Assembly: GCA_905479205.1 (NCBI GenBank) | Contig: CAJQLP010000065.1 | Location: 1 to 47,295 of the forward strand | Reading direction: 5' to 3' | DNA from: an uncultured Luminiphilus sp. | GTDB taxonomy: Bacteria > Pseudomonadota > Gammaproteobacteria > Pseudomonadales > Halieaceae | Length of the DNA stretch: 47,295 bases | In this document: piece by piece, positions 9,225 through 20,351 of the stretch | Layout: every line of letters begins with the position of its first letter | Numbering within the stretch: position 1 is the first letter of the stretch | Notes under the pieces: generated by a model | Databases searched by the model: none | The model's input: the letters and a program-made list of their open reading frames with translations, nothing else | What the model was told of the DNA's origin: nothing | Program-made: the position numbers and the translations under genes

Positions 9225-10772
9225 ATGAACAGTATTAATCCTATTCGCGATTATCTGGAGACATCAGACGATCCCACAGACAGCAGTTCACATGCGATTG
9301 TCATTGGCAGTGGCTTTGGCGGGTTGGCGGCAGCTATTCGCCTCGGAGCGCGTGGCTATCGGGTTACAGTCTTAGAAAAACTCGATGCCCCAGGCGGCAG
9401 AGCTTACGCTTACCATCAAGATGGATTTACCTTCGACGCCGGGCCCACCATTATTACTGCACCCTTCCTATTGGAAGAACTCTGGCAATTGTGCGGGAAA
9501 CGACTAGAAGACGACGTAGATCTTCGCGCCATGGACCCTTTCTTTCGTATCGTTTTCAACGACGGTAAGACCTTTGACTACAGCGGCGATCGACAGCGAA
9601 CACTCGAAGAAATACGCAAATTCAATCCAGATGACGTAGACGGCTACCTTCGGTATTTAACTGCTAGTGAAAAACGCTACCGCGTCGGCTTTGAAAAATT
9701 AGGGTTTAAATCGTTTGACAGCTTATGGCAGCTACTCAAGTTTTTGCCCCACCTAATTGGATTACGCAGCGATCGTAGCGTTTACAATCTGGTATCACGA
9801 CACGTCAAAGACCCCCACTTGCGCCAGGTGATGAGCTTCCATCCGCTACTCATCGGAGGCAACCCCTTCTCTGTTACCAGCGTCTATTCACTTATTTCAT
9901 ATCTCGAACAACAGTTTGGCGTGTGGTCAGCCATGGGCGGAACGGGCAGCCTCGTGACCGGACTGGCGAAACTTATTAAGCAGCAAGGCAATGAGATAAA
10001 ACTTAATAGTGAAGTTGATCGGATCAATGTCGACGGCCAGCGAGCAACAGGCGTGACGCTGAAAAGTGGGCAAGTAATCAACGCTGACGTGGTCATCTCT
10101 AACGCCGACTCTGCTTGGACCTATCGCCATCTCATCGATCCAGATAAACGCAAGCGATGGACCAACAAGAAGCTCGACAAAGCGGCCTATTCAAACGGCT
10201 TATTCGTTTGGTATTTTGGCACCGAGGGACAGTACCCTGATGTACCCCACCACTCTATTTTACTCGGCCCGCGATACCGTGAATTGCTGGTCGACATCTT
10301 CAAGCACAAAAAACTGACTGACGATTTCAGTCTCTACCTTCATCGACCAACAGCCACCGACCCCGCGATGGCACCCGACGGGTGCGATGCCTTTTATGCA
10401 CTTGTCCCGGTCCCACATTTAGATGCGAATGTAGACTGGCAGACCCACGCAGAGACCTTTCGGCAGGCTATCGCGGAGCGGCTCGAAGAAACGGTCTTGC
10501 CGGGATTAAGTCAGCGCATTGTCACGTCTCGCCTGTTAACACCCCTAGATTTTCAGAACCGATTGAACTCTTTCAAGGGTGCAGGTTTTAGCTTTGAACC
10601 CAGAATCACGCAAAGCGCCTGGTTTAGGCCGCACAATCGAAGTGAAGATATTGACGGCTTGTATTTGGTTGGAGCAGGCACGCATCCAGGTGCTGGTATA
10701 CCCGGGGTTATCTCCTCCGCGAAAGTCCTTGATGAAATTGTTCCAGAACCTAGGCATGCGCGACATGGCTGA
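9225..10772 (+). CDS. crtI: Phytoene desaturase
   Basis: GSGFGGLAAA, FDAGPTIIT, HPLLIGGNPF, GAGTHPGAGIPGV. Confidence 0.97.
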   Translation: MNSINPIRDYLETSDDPTDSSSHAIVIGSGFGGLAAAIRLGARGYRVTVLEKLDAPGGRAYAYHQDGFTFDAGPTIITAPFLLEELWQLCGKRLEDDVDLRAMDPFFRIVFNDGKTFDYSGDRQRTLEEIRKFNPDDVDGYLRYLTASEKRYRVGFEKLGFKSFDSLWQLLKFLPHLIGLRSDRSVYNLVSRHVKDPHLRQVMSFHPLLIGGNPFSVTSVYSLISYLEQQFGVWSAMGGTGSLVTGLAKLIKQQGNEIKLNSEVDRINVDGQRATGVTLKSGQVINADVVISNADSAWTYRHLIDPDKRKRWTNKKLDKAAYSNGLFVWYFGTEGQYPDVPHHSILLGPRYRELLVDIFKHKKLTDDFSLYLHRPTATDPAMAPDGCDAFYALVPVPHLDANVDWQTHAETFRQAIAERLEETVLPGLSQRIVTSRLLTPLDFQNRLNSFKGAGFSFEPRITQSAWFRPHNRSEDIDGLYLVGAGTHPGAGIPGVISSAKVLDEIVPEPRHARHG

Positions 10773-11820
10773 ACTCAATACACCATTCACCGATCTCGCG
10801 GTGTGTCGCGAGACGCTTAGCACCGGCTCTCGCTCTTTCTGGCTAGCGTCACAGCTGCTTCCACCCGCGCTTAAAAATGCCGCCTGTGGGCTCTATGCCT
10901 TCTGTCGCGATGCCGACGATTTAATCGATGACGGTGACGATCCTGAAAGCGCACTGCGTATTTTACATCAACGACTTAACCGTATATACGCCGGAAAGCC
11001 CGACGACAACCCGGTGGATCGCGTACTTGAGCAGATTATTAAAGATCATAATTTGCCACGCGCACTCCTAGATGCACTGCTTGAAGGCTTTGCCTGGGAT
11101 AATGCCGGTCGGCGCTACCAGAATCTATCTGAGGTTTATGACTACTCAGCGCGCGTTGCGGGAAGCGTAGGCGTTTTAATGGCCCTTCTGATGGGCATTC
11201 GCGATGAATCGGCACTAGCGCGCGCTGCAGATCTTGGGGTTGCTATGCAACTGACCAATATTGCCCGCGATGTTGGTGAAGATGCGCGCAACGGTCGCCT
11301 CTATTTACCTCTCGACGCGCTTAAAGCCGCAGGCATTGATCCCAATGAATTTCTCGCGAACCCTCAACATAGTGACGCGCTTGGCTCAGTGATTAGCGAC
11401 CTTCTCACCCATGCGGCGCATCTTTACCAGCGCGCAGACAGCGGTATACGACAATTGCCACGAAGCGCTCGCGGCGGCATTTACGCTGCACGGCTACTCT
11501 ACGCCGCCATTGGTGACACATTATCAACGCTCAATCATAACGCTGTTGAGCAGCGCGCGATTGTTGGCATTCAAACAAAAGCGACATTGGTAGCGCGATC
11601 TTTACGAATCCCAGTGACCAAGAACGAAGACTTACACGCAAAGCCCCTCACTGAGTGCAAGTATCTTATTCAGCTTGCGGCTCAAGCCGGCCAGCGCACT
11701 GAGTCCTACTTGGGCATGTCGGCTCCCAAGGCTTTCTATTTACGGATGACTTGGATACTTGATGTCTTTGCACATCTTGACGAGCGACATCAAAAAACCC
11801 TAACCGACAAGGGCCGCTGA
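10765..11820 (+). CDS. crtB: Phytoene synthase
   Basis: GSRSFWLAS, YAFCRDADDLID, AMQLTNIARDVGEDA, GRLYLP; probable ATG at 10765 overlapping the crtI end. Confidence 0.96.
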   Translation: MAELNTPFTDLAVCRETLSTGSRSFWLASQLLPPALKNAACGLYAFCRDADDLIDDGDDPESALRILHQRLNRIYAGKPDDNPVDRVLEQIIKDHNLPRALLDALLEGFAWDNAGRRYQNLSEVYDYSARVAGSVGVLMALLMGIRDESALARAADLGVAMQLTNIARDVGEDARNGRLYLPLDALKAAGIDPNEFLANPQHSDALGSVISDLLTHAAHLYQRADSGIRQLPRSARGGIYAARLLYAAIGDTLSTLNHNAVEQRAIVGIQTKATLVARSLRIPVTKNEDLHAKPLTECKYLIQLAAQAGQRTESYLGMSAPKAFYLRMTWILDVFAHLDERHQKTLTDKGR

Positions 11821-11836
11821 CCAACACCCCGAGATG

Positions 11837-12808
11837 CTAGCGCGCATTGCGTGGCATACGAAACGGCAACAATTGTTGTACCCATGTACGTTCAAACCGA
11901 TTGAGATCAACGTATTCATGCATAGCTGCGTATTGCTCACCACGGTATGCCATCGCAATCTTTGAGCGAGCATAGAACGGCGTATCTTCAAAGGTTTTGG
12001 TAATCGTGGGCTGACTGCCCAACTCTATTAGTGGGCGCGCACAGCGCCAAATAGGCGTGGGCGCCAAATCATGGCCATCCTCCAGCGCAGCATCGACGAA
12101 TATCCCCGATTGATCATTATGCCTTAGCGTCAAGCCCTGCTGACCGCCATTCTTGAATGTCCGGTTATAGAAAATCCAGCTGTCGCCGTTTACGCGATCC
12201 GTTCGAGTCCAGTGCCACCCTGTGAAGCTGCTCTCCAAAGGCACGGTGCCGGCATTACAGTCAACGTAGCCATCGCCCTGCCAGTGCATCCGGGGAGCCT
12301 CAAGATCTACTGTCACACGTGATGCTGGAGCAATCGGCCACCAACGATGATTTTCTTCTGGATCGAGGGCGAAACACTGCTGCGTTAAATGCCCTAACTC
12401 AACACGGACGCTGCCGCGCAACCGGCGAGGAAATGGCACGCAGATCTCATCAATCTCGAAGGCGAGCACACCATCAGCCAGCGTTACGCTGCTGGCGGCA
12501 ATCGCGATCCGATTCGCGGAGCGTGAGAGATCGTTCGCACCGCGCTCTGTCATAGTCCAGTACTTGCGCTTTGGGCCGTAAAAAATAGCATTAATGCTGC
12601 AAAAGTCTTCGGCACGCGCCGAGCTCTTTTTGCGCGCGCGCGCGTAGTAAGGAGAAAAAACACTGCCAATGAAAACAATCAACGTCATCCCCGCGGTGCC
12701 ATCGTCGGAGAATGCGTCAACGTACCACCACTGGTATCCATTCGGTGGTATTGCACCATCGAATCCCAAGCCCTGCGCAGCGAGCGCCCTTTGCTTAGGC
12801 ACGGACAA
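11837..12808 (-). CDS. crtC: Carotenoid 1,2-hydratase
   Basis: GYQWWYVDAFSDDG, FIGSVFSPYY, HRWWPIAP, EDTPFYARS, LLPFRMPR. Confidence 0.95.
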   Translation of the reverse strand: MSVPKQRALAAQGLGFDGAIPPNGYQWWYVDAFSDDGTAGMTLIVFIGSVFSPYYARARKKSSARAEDFCSINAIFYGPKRKYWTMTERGANDLSRSANRIAIAASSVTLADGVLAFEIDEICVPFPRRLRGSVRVELGHLTQQCFALDPEENHRWWPIAPASRVTVDLEAPRMHWQGDGYVDCNAGTVPLESSFTGWHWTRTDRVNGDSWIFYNRTFKNGGQQGLTLRHNDQSGIFVDAALEDGHDLAPTPIWRCARPLIELGSQPTITKTFEDTPFYARSKIAMAYRGEQYAAMHEYVDLNRFERTWVQQLLPFRMPRNAR

Positions 12809-12923
12809 AATCAGCGCGCAATTGTCGGCACAGGTCTAACCCTAGGGTCCTTGGAACACTTGTCATTGAGTAAACCTTTTCGTGGACAAAACGTTTCACT
12901 AAGCGAACTTGCCATTATCTGAT

Positions 12924-12966
12924 TGTAATTTATCTTGAACACTTTAAATGTCTAGGTTACTTTACA
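12924..12966. promoter_or_regulatory. Tandem PpsR boxes between divergent crtC and crtE
   Basis: TGTAAT-N6-TGAACA (12924-12941), 7 bp gap, TGTCTA-N6-TTTACA (12949-12966); both perfect TGT-N12-ACA. Confidence 0.88.
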
Positions 12967-12998
12967 CGATAACAGACTTTTTTGCGGAAGGCTCCACC

Positions 12999-13877
12999 AT
13001 GGCCAATGAACTACTGGATTGTGAGCACAACCTCAGAGTTGCGATAAAAAAGGCAACCGAGAGTCCGTGCCCCCCACAGCTCGCTCAAGCACTCGAATAC
13101 GCCGTCTTCCCCGGCGGAGCACGCGTCAGACCTAAGTTATGCCTTGCGGTTGCGTTAGCGACCGGCAACGACGAACCGATGCTAGCCATGAGCGCCGCCG
13201 TGGCCATCGAAATGCTGCATTGCGCATCGCTGGTGCACGACGACTTACCCTGCTTTGATGATGCGACTCAACGCCGCGGAAAACCGTCGGTTCACGCCTC
13301 ATTCGGAGAGCGAATTGCCGTATTAACTGGGGACACGTTGATCGTGTCAGCGTTTGAACAGTTGGCACGGTGCGGGTTCCAAATCAGCGACGCACGGCGT
13401 CTAGCCACCGTAACGCAACTCGTTACGCGCGGTGTCGGTGCACCGCAGGGAATTTGCGCTGGGCAAGCATGGGAATGCGAACCTTCAGTAGACACCGCCA
13501 CGTATCATCAGTGCAAGACGGGCGCCCTTTTTGTCGCAGCAACGTGCGCAGGCGCGGCAGCCGCAGGCGAAGATTACCAGCAATGGCTTCCGCTTGGATC
13601 AGCCATTGGACAAGCGTATCAAGTAGCGGACGATATCCAGGATTGCGTCGGTGTGAGTGCACAAATGGGCAAGCCCTCAGGCCGTGATGCGTTATTAGGT
13701 CGACCTAATGCCGTTCACGAATTGGGCCTTGAAGGCGCAATTACGCTGCTAAATAACCTCCTAAATGACGGCATAGCATCGATACCTCAATGCGCCGGCC
13801 GAGACCTCCTGGTGTCCCTCGTTGAGAAACAGTCGGAGCGCTTTTTCCCAAGCGGCTATAAACGTTGCGCGGCATAA
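12999..13877 (+). CDS. crtE: Geranylgeranyl diphosphate synthase
   Basis: AVFPGGARVRP, HCASLVHDDLPCFDD, KTGALF, YQVADD; ATG at 12999. Confidence 0.96.
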   Translation: MANELLDCEHNLRVAIKKATESPCPPQLAQALEYAVFPGGARVRPKLCLAVALATGNDEPMLAMSAAVAIEMLHCASLVHDDLPCFDDATQRRGKPSVHASFGERIAVLTGDTLIVSAFEQLARCGFQISDARRLATVTQLVTRGVGAPQGICAGQAWECEPSVDTATYHQCKTGALFVAATCAGAAAAGEDYQQWLPLGSAIGQAYQVADDIQDCVGVSAQMGKPSGRDALLGRPNAVHELGLEGAITLLNNLLNDGIASIPQCAGRDLLVSLVEKQSERFFPSGYKRCAA

Positions 13878-15043
13878 CCGATCCCGCGCCTGCGCGCCAC
13901 ACAGCGAGGGGGATCGACAACCAAACAACGCATAAATCCCTGAAAATTCGGCTGCACCAGTGGCGAAATCGACTGTTAATGAATCATCGGTTTCAGCGCC
14001 TAGCGGCCCGCTTACCCATCATACGCCTCATTGCCAACCAACAGGCCCTTGCGCTGCATCACATTACCGCGGGGTTTGTGTACTCCCAGATTCTTCAGGC
14101 CTGCGTGCAATTGAATCTATTTTCACTTTTGGAAAAAGGGCCCTTAAGCGCCGCGCAACTCGCTGGTCAAACGGGCCTCAAGGGCGAGGGACTACAGACC
14201 CTCCTAAAAGCCGCGGCGAGCTTGCAATTAATTGATCGACTCGACGATGATCTCTGGGGCCTAGGTCAATTGGGCACTGCCACCCTTGCCTATCCTGGCA
14301 TTTCAGCAATGGTCGACCACCATGCACTTCTCTATAAAGACCTTGTCGATCCAGTCGCCCTACTCTCAGAACGCAAGAGCACCCATCTATCAGCCTACTG
14401 GCCTTACGCACAAGGCACTTCAAATCCCGACGCCGCTGCTCGCTACAGCGCACTGATGGCCGACTCACTCGCCATCATCAGTACACATATCCTAGACGCC
14501 TGCAGCCTGCGCCACGCGCGATGCCTGATAGATGTCGGCGGTGGTTCGGGCGCTTTCGCTGCGGCGGCGATTGCACGACACCCTCAACTCAAAGCCATCG
14601 TAGCCGATTTGCCCGAGGTAGTGACGTCCGCTGAAGCACAGCGCAGAGCCGGCGCAACTCCGAGCCTTTCCTTCGCCGCAGTCAATGTGTTTAAGCAATC
14701 GCTTCCAGCAGGAGCCGATGTCGTCTCGCTGGTGCGGATTTTACACGACCACGACGATGACAAAGCGCTGATGATAGTCCGGGCAGTAAGGCGAGCGATG
14801 AAAGAAGGCGGGCAGCTATTGGTAGCCGAACCCCTCGCTAATACTGCAGGCGCGGAGGCCATCGGACATGGTTATTTTGGCATGTATCTGTGGGCTATGG
14901 CCTCAGGCAGACCACGCACCGTAGCAGAAATAGGCCAGCTGCTTCGGGCAGGCGGATTTAGCGATGTCAAGGAACACCGAAGCAATGTACCCGCTCTTGT
15001 GCGTGTGATCAGCGCAACAGCAAATTCTGTTAAAAACTATTGA
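13865..15043 (+). CDS. crtF: Hydroxycarotenoid O-methyltransferase
   Basis: AGFVYSQIL, SAM motif DVGGGSG, VRILHDHDD, MASGRPR; follows crtE. Confidence 0.93.
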   Translation: MRGITDPAPARHTARGIDNQTTHKSLKIRLHQWRNRLLMNHRFQRLAARLPIIRLIANQQALALHHITAGFVYSQILQACVQLNLFSLLEKGPLSAAQLAGQTGLKGEGLQTLLKAAASLQLIDRLDDDLWGLGQLGTATLAYPGISAMVDHHALLYKDLVDPVALLSERKSTHLSAYWPYAQGTSNPDAAARYSALMADSLAIISTHILDACSLRHARCLIDVGGGSGAFAAAAIARHPQLKAIVADLPEVVTSAEAQRRAGATPSLSFAAVNVFKQSLPAGADVVSLVRILHDHDDDKALMIVRAVRRAMKEGGQLLVAEPLANTAGAEAIGHGYFGMYLWAMASGRPRTVAEIGQLLRAGGFSDVKEHRSNVPALVRVISATANSVKNY

Positions 15044-15096
15044 CTCTTACGTCTGTCCAAGTAAACTGACATTAATAACGTATAATTAATCGGACA
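15028..15096. promoter_or_regulatory. Triple PpsR boxes upstream of bchC
   Basis: TGTTAA-N6-TTGACT (15028-15045), TGTCCA-N6-CTGACA (15054-15071), CGTATA-N6-CGGACA (15079-15096). Confidence 0.78.
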
Positions 15097-15148
15097 CTTG
15101 TATGATCTCGACCACCGATACCGACAAACAAAGGCCCTGAGCAACTTC

Positions 15149-16093
15149 ATGGGCCATACATCGACAGCAGTTGTCTTCGAGTCCCCGGGAAATCTCTCGG
15201 TTAGAGAAGTTCTGTTGCCGGAATTAACCACAGACGACTGTTTGGTCGAAGTCCTCCACTCGGGTATCAGTACCGGCACTGAACGATTATTATGGACGGG
15301 CGACATGCCCTTCTTCCCCGGGCTGCAATATCCGCTTGTGCCGGGCTACGAAAGCGTGGGCCGCGTTTTGGAATGCGGCGCAGATAGTACGCTGGCAGAA
15401 GGCCAAGCAGTCTTCATCCCAGGCTCTCGCGGCTTTGAAAATGTCGCTGGTTTATTCGGAGGAGCCGCAAAGCATCTCGTCGTGCCCAGTCACAGGCTCA
15501 TTCCGCTTTCGGGCGATCCAGAAGAAGCGTCAGTGTTACTCGCGCTCGTCGCCACAGCCATACACGCTCTCGGTCGGCTTCATGAAAACACATCCCTCGA
15601 TCTCATCGTTGGCAACGGCGTACTGGGTCGCTTGATCGCGCGTGTCGCAAAAGCTACGGGGCATAGGGACATTCGTCAGTGGGAAACCAATCTGGAACGA
15701 CAAGAAACGTCGGTTAGCACGATCACCAATGCGACCGACGATGCGAGAACGGATTACCGGACCGTGGTCGACGTCAGCGGCGACAGCAACATTATCAATC
15801 AAGCCGTTGCGCACATGGGGCCTGGCAGTACTTTAGTGCTCGCAGGATTCTATCACCAACCTTTAACGTTCGATTTTGCCCCCGCTTTCATGCGCGAGAT
15901 AGATATACGCATTGCTGCAGAGTGGCGCGAGCAAGATATGGAGCGAGCAGCCTACTTACTCGCCAATGATCTTTTGAAAACCGACGATCTAATTACACAT
16001 AGATTCGCGGCCAACGACGCTAAAACTGCTTACACAGAAGCTTTTAGCAATCCGAAGTGCTTAAAAACCGTCCTCGATTGGAGCGTCCTATGA
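15149..16093 (+). CDS. bchC: 3-hydroxyethyl bacteriochlorophyllide a dehydrogenase
   Basis: SGISTGTERLLW, YPLVPGYE, GLFGGAA, LAGFY...FAPAFMRE, CLKTVLDW. Confidence 0.95.
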   Translation: MGHTSTAVVFESPGNLSVREVLLPELTTDDCLVEVLHSGISTGTERLLWTGDMPFFPGLQYPLVPGYESVGRVLECGADSTLAEGQAVFIPGSRGFENVAGLFGGAAKHLVVPSHRLIPLSGDPEEASVLLALVATAIHALGRLHENTSLDLIVGNGVLGRLIARVAKATGHRDIRQWETNLERQETSVSTITNATDDARTDYRTVVDVSGDSNIINQAVAHMGPGSTLVLAGFYHQPLTFDFAPAFMREIDIRIAAEWREQDMERAAYLLANDLLKTDDLITHRFAANDAKTAYTEAFSNPKCLKTVLDWSVL

Positions 16094-17088
16094 ACGCGCA
16101 AGAAGCCCCTAAAACTTACGACCCCGGCCTTGACGAGTCGGGCGAACGAGCTGACTTATTGGCGACTGTATCCGCAGATGCACCCAAAACGCAGGTTATT
16201 GCCATTTACGGAAAAGGTGGCATTGGCAAAAGCTTCACTCTGTCAAACCTGTCTTACATGATGGCGCAGCAAGGCAAAAAAGTCTTACTGATCGGCTGTG
16301 ACCCCAAAAGCGACACGACGTCTCTTCTCTTTGGTGGCAAAGCCTGTCCCACGATTATCGAAACGGCGTCAGCTAAGAAAGCCGCCGGCGATGAAGTGCG
16401 TGTGGAAGACGTCTGCTTTAAACGTGATGGCGTGTTTGCAATGGAGCTTGGCGGACCAGAAGTCGGTCGCGGATGTGGCGGCAGAGGAATTATTCACGGC
16501 TTTGAGACGCTCGAGAAACTTGGATTCCACGACTGGGATTTCGATTACGTACTCCTCGACTTCCTAGGGGATGTCGTCTGCGGCGGATTTGGTCTGCCTA
16601 TCGCCCGAGACATGTGTCAAAAAGTTATTGTCGTAGCATCCAACGACCTCCAGTCGCTCTACGTTGCGAACAACGTCTGCTCCGCAGTCGAATACTTCCG
16701 TCGCCTAGGAGGTAACGTTGGTGTCGCTGGCATGGTTACCAATAAAGATGACGGTAGCGGCGAAGCGCAAGCATTTTGTAAAGCTGCAGGCATTCCCGAG
16801 TTAGCGTCCATACCGGCGAATGACGATATCCGACGTAAGAGTGCGAACTACGAAATTATTGGTCACCCTGACGGCGAATGGGGCGAGCTGTTCGCTACGC
16901 TTGCCCAAAATGTTGCGGATGCGCCACCTCACCAGCCAAAAACACTCACCCAAGATGAGCTACTCGCATTGTTTGACGGCGATACAGTTGGCCGCCATGT
17001 CACTCTGCAACCCGCAACACTTTCGGATCTCTGCGACACAACAGCTCTCAATAAGCCCTCACTTGAGGTGATCTATGACGATGCTTGA
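16090..17088 (+). CDS. bchX: Chlorophyllide reductase iron protein
   Basis: [38 protein letters not shown]. Confidence 0.97.
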   Translation: MNAQEAPKTYDPGLDESGERADLLATVSADAPKTQVIAIYGKGGIGKSFTLSNLSYMMAQQGKKVLLIGCDPKSDTTSLLFGGKACPTIIETASAKKAAGDEVRVEDVCFKRDGVFAMELGGPEVGRGCGGRGIIHGFETLEKLGFHDWDFDYVLLDFLGDVVCGGFGLPIARDMCQKVIVVASNDLQSLYVANNVCSAVEYFRRLGGNVGVAGMVTNKDDGSGEAQAFCKAAGIPELASIPANDDIRRKSANYEIIGHPDGEWGELFATLAQNVADAPPHQPKTLTQDELLALFDGDTVGRHVTLQPATLSDLCDTTALNKPSLEVIYDDA

Positions 17089-18580
17089 AGCAAAGTCGAT
17101 GACCGCGGCAGAGGATGTTATTCCAATAACATCGCTTGATGACACCCCACAAGCGGGTTGCCACAACAGCACAGAGCACTACCAAGCCGCTCTGGCGGCC
17201 GGTAAGTCTGAAACGCTTGAACAATACGCGAAGGACTATCCCCAAGGTCCCCATGATCAGCCTCAGAGTATGTGTCCCGCGTTTGGATCCCTACGGGTTG
17301 GATTGCGCATGCGCCGAACGGCTACTGTACTCAGCGGGTCAGCGTGCTGTGTTTACGGATTAACATTTACGTCGCATTTCTATGGCGCCAAGCGAACCGT
17401 CGGCTATGTTCCATTTGATTCGGAAACGCTGGTCACGGGAAAATTATTTGAAGACATTCGCGACGCTACCCACGATCTAGCGGATCCTGATAAATATGAT
17501 GCGATCGTGGTCATCAACTTATGTGTACCAACAGCATCAGGCGTTCCACTCGACCTCCTACCCAATGCCATTAACGGTGTCCGCGTTATCGGTATTGATG
17601 TTCCGGGTTTTGGTGTGCCAACACACGCTGAGGCCAAAGACATTCTTGCAGCGGCTATGTTGCGCTATGCACGCGGAGAGATCGAACAAGGGCCTGTAGC
17701 GCGACCTGCCAGTGCGAGCGACGAAAAAGCCATGCCCCGCGTTGCGCTTCTTGGAGAAATCTTCCCTGTCGACGCGATAACGATTAACTCATTACTCCAA
17801 CCACTTGGTGCCAGTGCTGGACCCGTAGTGCCAACGCGCGAATGGCGCGAACTTTACGCAGCTCTGGACTGCGACCTCGTGGCTGCGCTGCATCCGCACT
17901 ATACCGCTAGCCAACGAGAATTCTCTAAAGCAGGACGGCCCACCATCGGGAGCGCACCCGTAGGTGTTGAGGGCACAGTACGTTGGCTACAACAAGTTGC
18001 AGAGCAGCTTAATCTCGACCGCGAAGCGCTCGCCGCCCACTGCGACAAGCTCCGCGCAAGTATTAGTGCGGTTATTGCAGAGAACCCCATCGATGCGCGC
18101 ATTACGCTGTCCGGCTATGAAGGGTCAGAGCTATTAGTTGCGCGATTACTCATAGAATGTGGTGCAGATGTGCCATACGTCGGCACTGCCTGTGCGAGCA
18201 CCCCTTGGTCTGCAGAAGATAAAGCTTGGCTCGAAGCAAGAGGCACAAAAGTTCAGTTTCGCGCATCACTAGAAAATGATGTGGCTGCAATCGACTATTT
18301 CAAGCCAGACCTCGCGATTGGCACGACGCCTGTCGTTCAACACGCGAAAGAGAACCACATTCCTGGCCTCTACTTCACAAATCTTATATCGGCTCGCCCA
18401 CTCATGGGTCCTGCCGGTGCCGGCTCACTGGCGGGCATCGTCAACGGTGCGATTGAAAATAAGCATCGCTTTGAAGCGATGGAAGCGTTTTTCAGCGACA
18501 CAGGTAAAGGCGATAGCGCGGGCATCTGGACGCCAGACACCGCTCTGAGCGCCGGGCTGTTATCGAGGGAGACACTGTAA
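17075..18580 (+). CDS. bchY: Chlorophyllide reductase subunit Y
   Basis: [36 protein letters not shown]. Confidence 0.97.
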   Translation: MTMLEAKSMTAAEDVIPITSLDDTPQAGCHNSTEHYQAALAAGKSETLEQYAKDYPQGPHDQPQSMCPAFGSLRVGLRMRRTATVLSGSACCVYGLTFTSHFYGAKRTVGYVPFDSETLVTGKLFEDIRDATHDLADPDKYDAIVVINLCVPTASGVPLDLLPNAINGVRVIGIDVPGFGVPTHAEAKDILAAAMLRYARGEIEQGPVARPASASDEKAMPRVALLGEIFPVDAITINSLLQPLGASAGPVVPTREWRELYAALDCDLVAALHPHYTASQREFSKAGRPTIGSAPVGVEGTVRWLQQVAEQLNLDREALAAHCDKLRASISAVIAENPIDARITLSGYEGSELLVARLLIECGADVPYVGTACASTPWSAEDKAWLEARGTKVQFRASLENDVAAIDYFKPDLAIGTTPVVQHAKENHIPGLYFTNLISARPLMGPAGAGSLAGIVNGAIENKHRFEAMEAFFSDTGKGDSAGIWTPDTALSAGLLSRETL

Positions 18581-20049
18581 TGCTAGTCCTCGATCACGAC
18601 AGAGCCGGTGGATACTGGGGATCTGTCTACGTATTCACCGCAGTCCGTGGCCTCCAAGTCATTATTGATGGGCCTGTTGGCTGCGAAAATCTACCCGTAA
18701 CCTCAGTGCTTCATTATACGGATGGCCTTCCCCCTCACGAGCTTCCTATCGTCGTCACAGGGCTTGCGGAAGAGGAGCTTGGTCAACACGGTACCGAAGG
18801 CGCACTGCGACGCGCGCACAGCACCCTCGACACGAAAAAGCCTAGCGTGGTTGTGACCGGCTCCATTGCCGAGATGATCGGCGGTGGCGTGACACCCGAA
18901 GACACCAATATCAAGCGCTTCTTGCCAAGGACTATTGACGAAGATCAATGGCAAAGTGCAGACCGCGCGTTAGTCTGGCTGTGGGAACAATACGGTGCGA
19001 AAAAAGCCGCCAAACGTAAACCCGTTGTTAACGAGCGTCCTAAGGTCAATATCATCGGCCCTGCCTATGGTTATTTTAATACCTGGTCCGATCTCGCCGA
19101 AATCCAGCGACTCGTCGAAGGTATCGGACTGGATCTCAATCTCGTCTTCCCCCTCGGCTGCCATCTAGACGATATCCACACGCTCGCCGACGCGGACGTC
19201 AATGTGTGTATGTACAGAGAGCACGGTAGAAAACTCTGCGAAGCACTCGATAAGCCTTATCTACAGGCTCCATTTGGCCTGCATAGCACTACTCAATTCT
19301 TACAAAAACTGGGTGAGTTAACGGGTGTCGATCCAGAGCCATTCATCGCACAAGAAAAGCTCACCACCATAAAACCTATTTGGGATTTATGGCGGTCAGT
19401 AACACAAGATTTTTTTGGTACCGCGAGTTTCGGGGTAAGCGCAACTGAAACCTATACTCGAGGCCTGCGTCACTACCTCGAAGATGAGTTGGGATTGCCA
19501 TGCGCGTTCCACTTCGAACGTAAAGCAGGGAAGAAAACCGATAATGCAGCCGTCCGCGCTGCTATCCACGATACAAAGCCGCTGATTATTTTCGGCGGCT
19601 ACAACGAGCGTATGTACCTAAGTGAGAGCGGTGGACAATCAATTTACATCCCGGCCTCTCTACCTGGAACAATAATCAGGCGCCATACCGGAACACCATT
19701 TATGGGATACAGCGGTGCCGCGTACGTGTTGCAAGAAGTTTGTAACGCTCTTTTCGACGCCCTGTACAACATCCTACCGCTCGGCACGGAGCTCGATAAC
19801 GTTGCAGCTACACCCGCGCAACGACAAATTAATTGGAGCGAGGAAGCGGAGCTTGAGTTGACGCGTCTAGTAGCGAAACAACCCGTGCTGGTTCGCATCT
19901 CTGCTGCAAAACATATGCGCGACACCGCTGAACAGCTCGCACGTGACAACCAGAAAGAAACGGTAGCGAGAGAACATGTTCGACGTGCCGTGATGGCCGT
20001 ATCAGCCAACGATGCAATAAACAATGACCTCAGGAGGATCGAACCATGA
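18580..20049 (+). CDS. bchZ: Chlorophyllide reductase subunit Z
   Basis: [38 protein letters not shown]-red tail. Confidence 0.97.
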   Translation: MLVLDHDRAGGYWGSVYVFTAVRGLQVIIDGPVGCENLPVTSVLHYTDGLPPHELPIVVTGLAEEELGQHGTEGALRRAHSTLDTKKPSVVVTGSIAEMIGGGVTPEDTNIKRFLPRTIDEDQWQSADRALVWLWEQYGAKKAAKRKPVVNERPKVNIIGPAYGYFNTWSDLAEIQRLVEGIGLDLNLVFPLGCHLDDIHTLADADVNVCMYREHGRKLCEALDKPYLQAPFGLHSTTQFLQKLGELTGVDPEPFIAQEKLTTIKPIWDLWRSVTQDFFGTASFGVSATETYTRGLRHYLEDELGLPCAFHFERKAGKKTDNAAVRAAIHDTKPLIIFGGYNERMYLSESGGQSIYIPASLPGTIIRRHTGTPFMGYSGAAYVLQEVCNALFDALYNILPLGTELDNVAATPAQRQINWSEEAELELTRLVAKQPVLVRISAAKHMRDTAEQLARDNQKETVAREHVRRAVMAVSANDAINNDLRRIEP

Positions 20050-20267
20050 CGGGAAGATCGCACCAGAACAGTTCCAAAAGTCATGCTAACGAAACCATTC
20101 AGTTTCGGCTCTTAATTGCAGTCGCATTTCTGTGGTTCTTCTCACACGCCTTGCTATGTCGCTTGACCCTGCGTCAACCCGACTCTGCGATTGCGGGTGA
20201 AAGCTGCTTTCAGACGGCCAAACGGTCGGCGTATAGCGTGGTGCCCTACGCATTCATGCGCATTTGA
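20046..20267 (+). CDS. pufQ: PufQ-like small membrane protein
   Basis: 73 aa with one TM helix ([13 protein letters not shown]) and C-terminal A...A...VPYAFM; overlaps the bchZ stop at the canonical pufQ position. Confidence 0.65.
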   Translation: MTGRSHQNSSKSHANETIQFRLLIAVAFLWFFSHALLCRLTLRQPDSAIAGESCFQTAKRSAYSVVPYAFMRI

Positions 20268-20351
20268 AAAACGTCGTTGGGATGACGACGAAACATTAAC
20301 AAGGCCATTTTCATGGACGAATGGCGCTGAAATACGAAGGGGATGGATGCA

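Noticed and set aside
12631-12645. (GC)n runs here and near 6250 and 35637
   Set aside because: Explained by Ala-Arg codons inside genes
16090-17088. NifH-like sequences (here and at 31100-32014) as nitrogenase
   Set aside because: Motifs and context identify them as BchX and BchL
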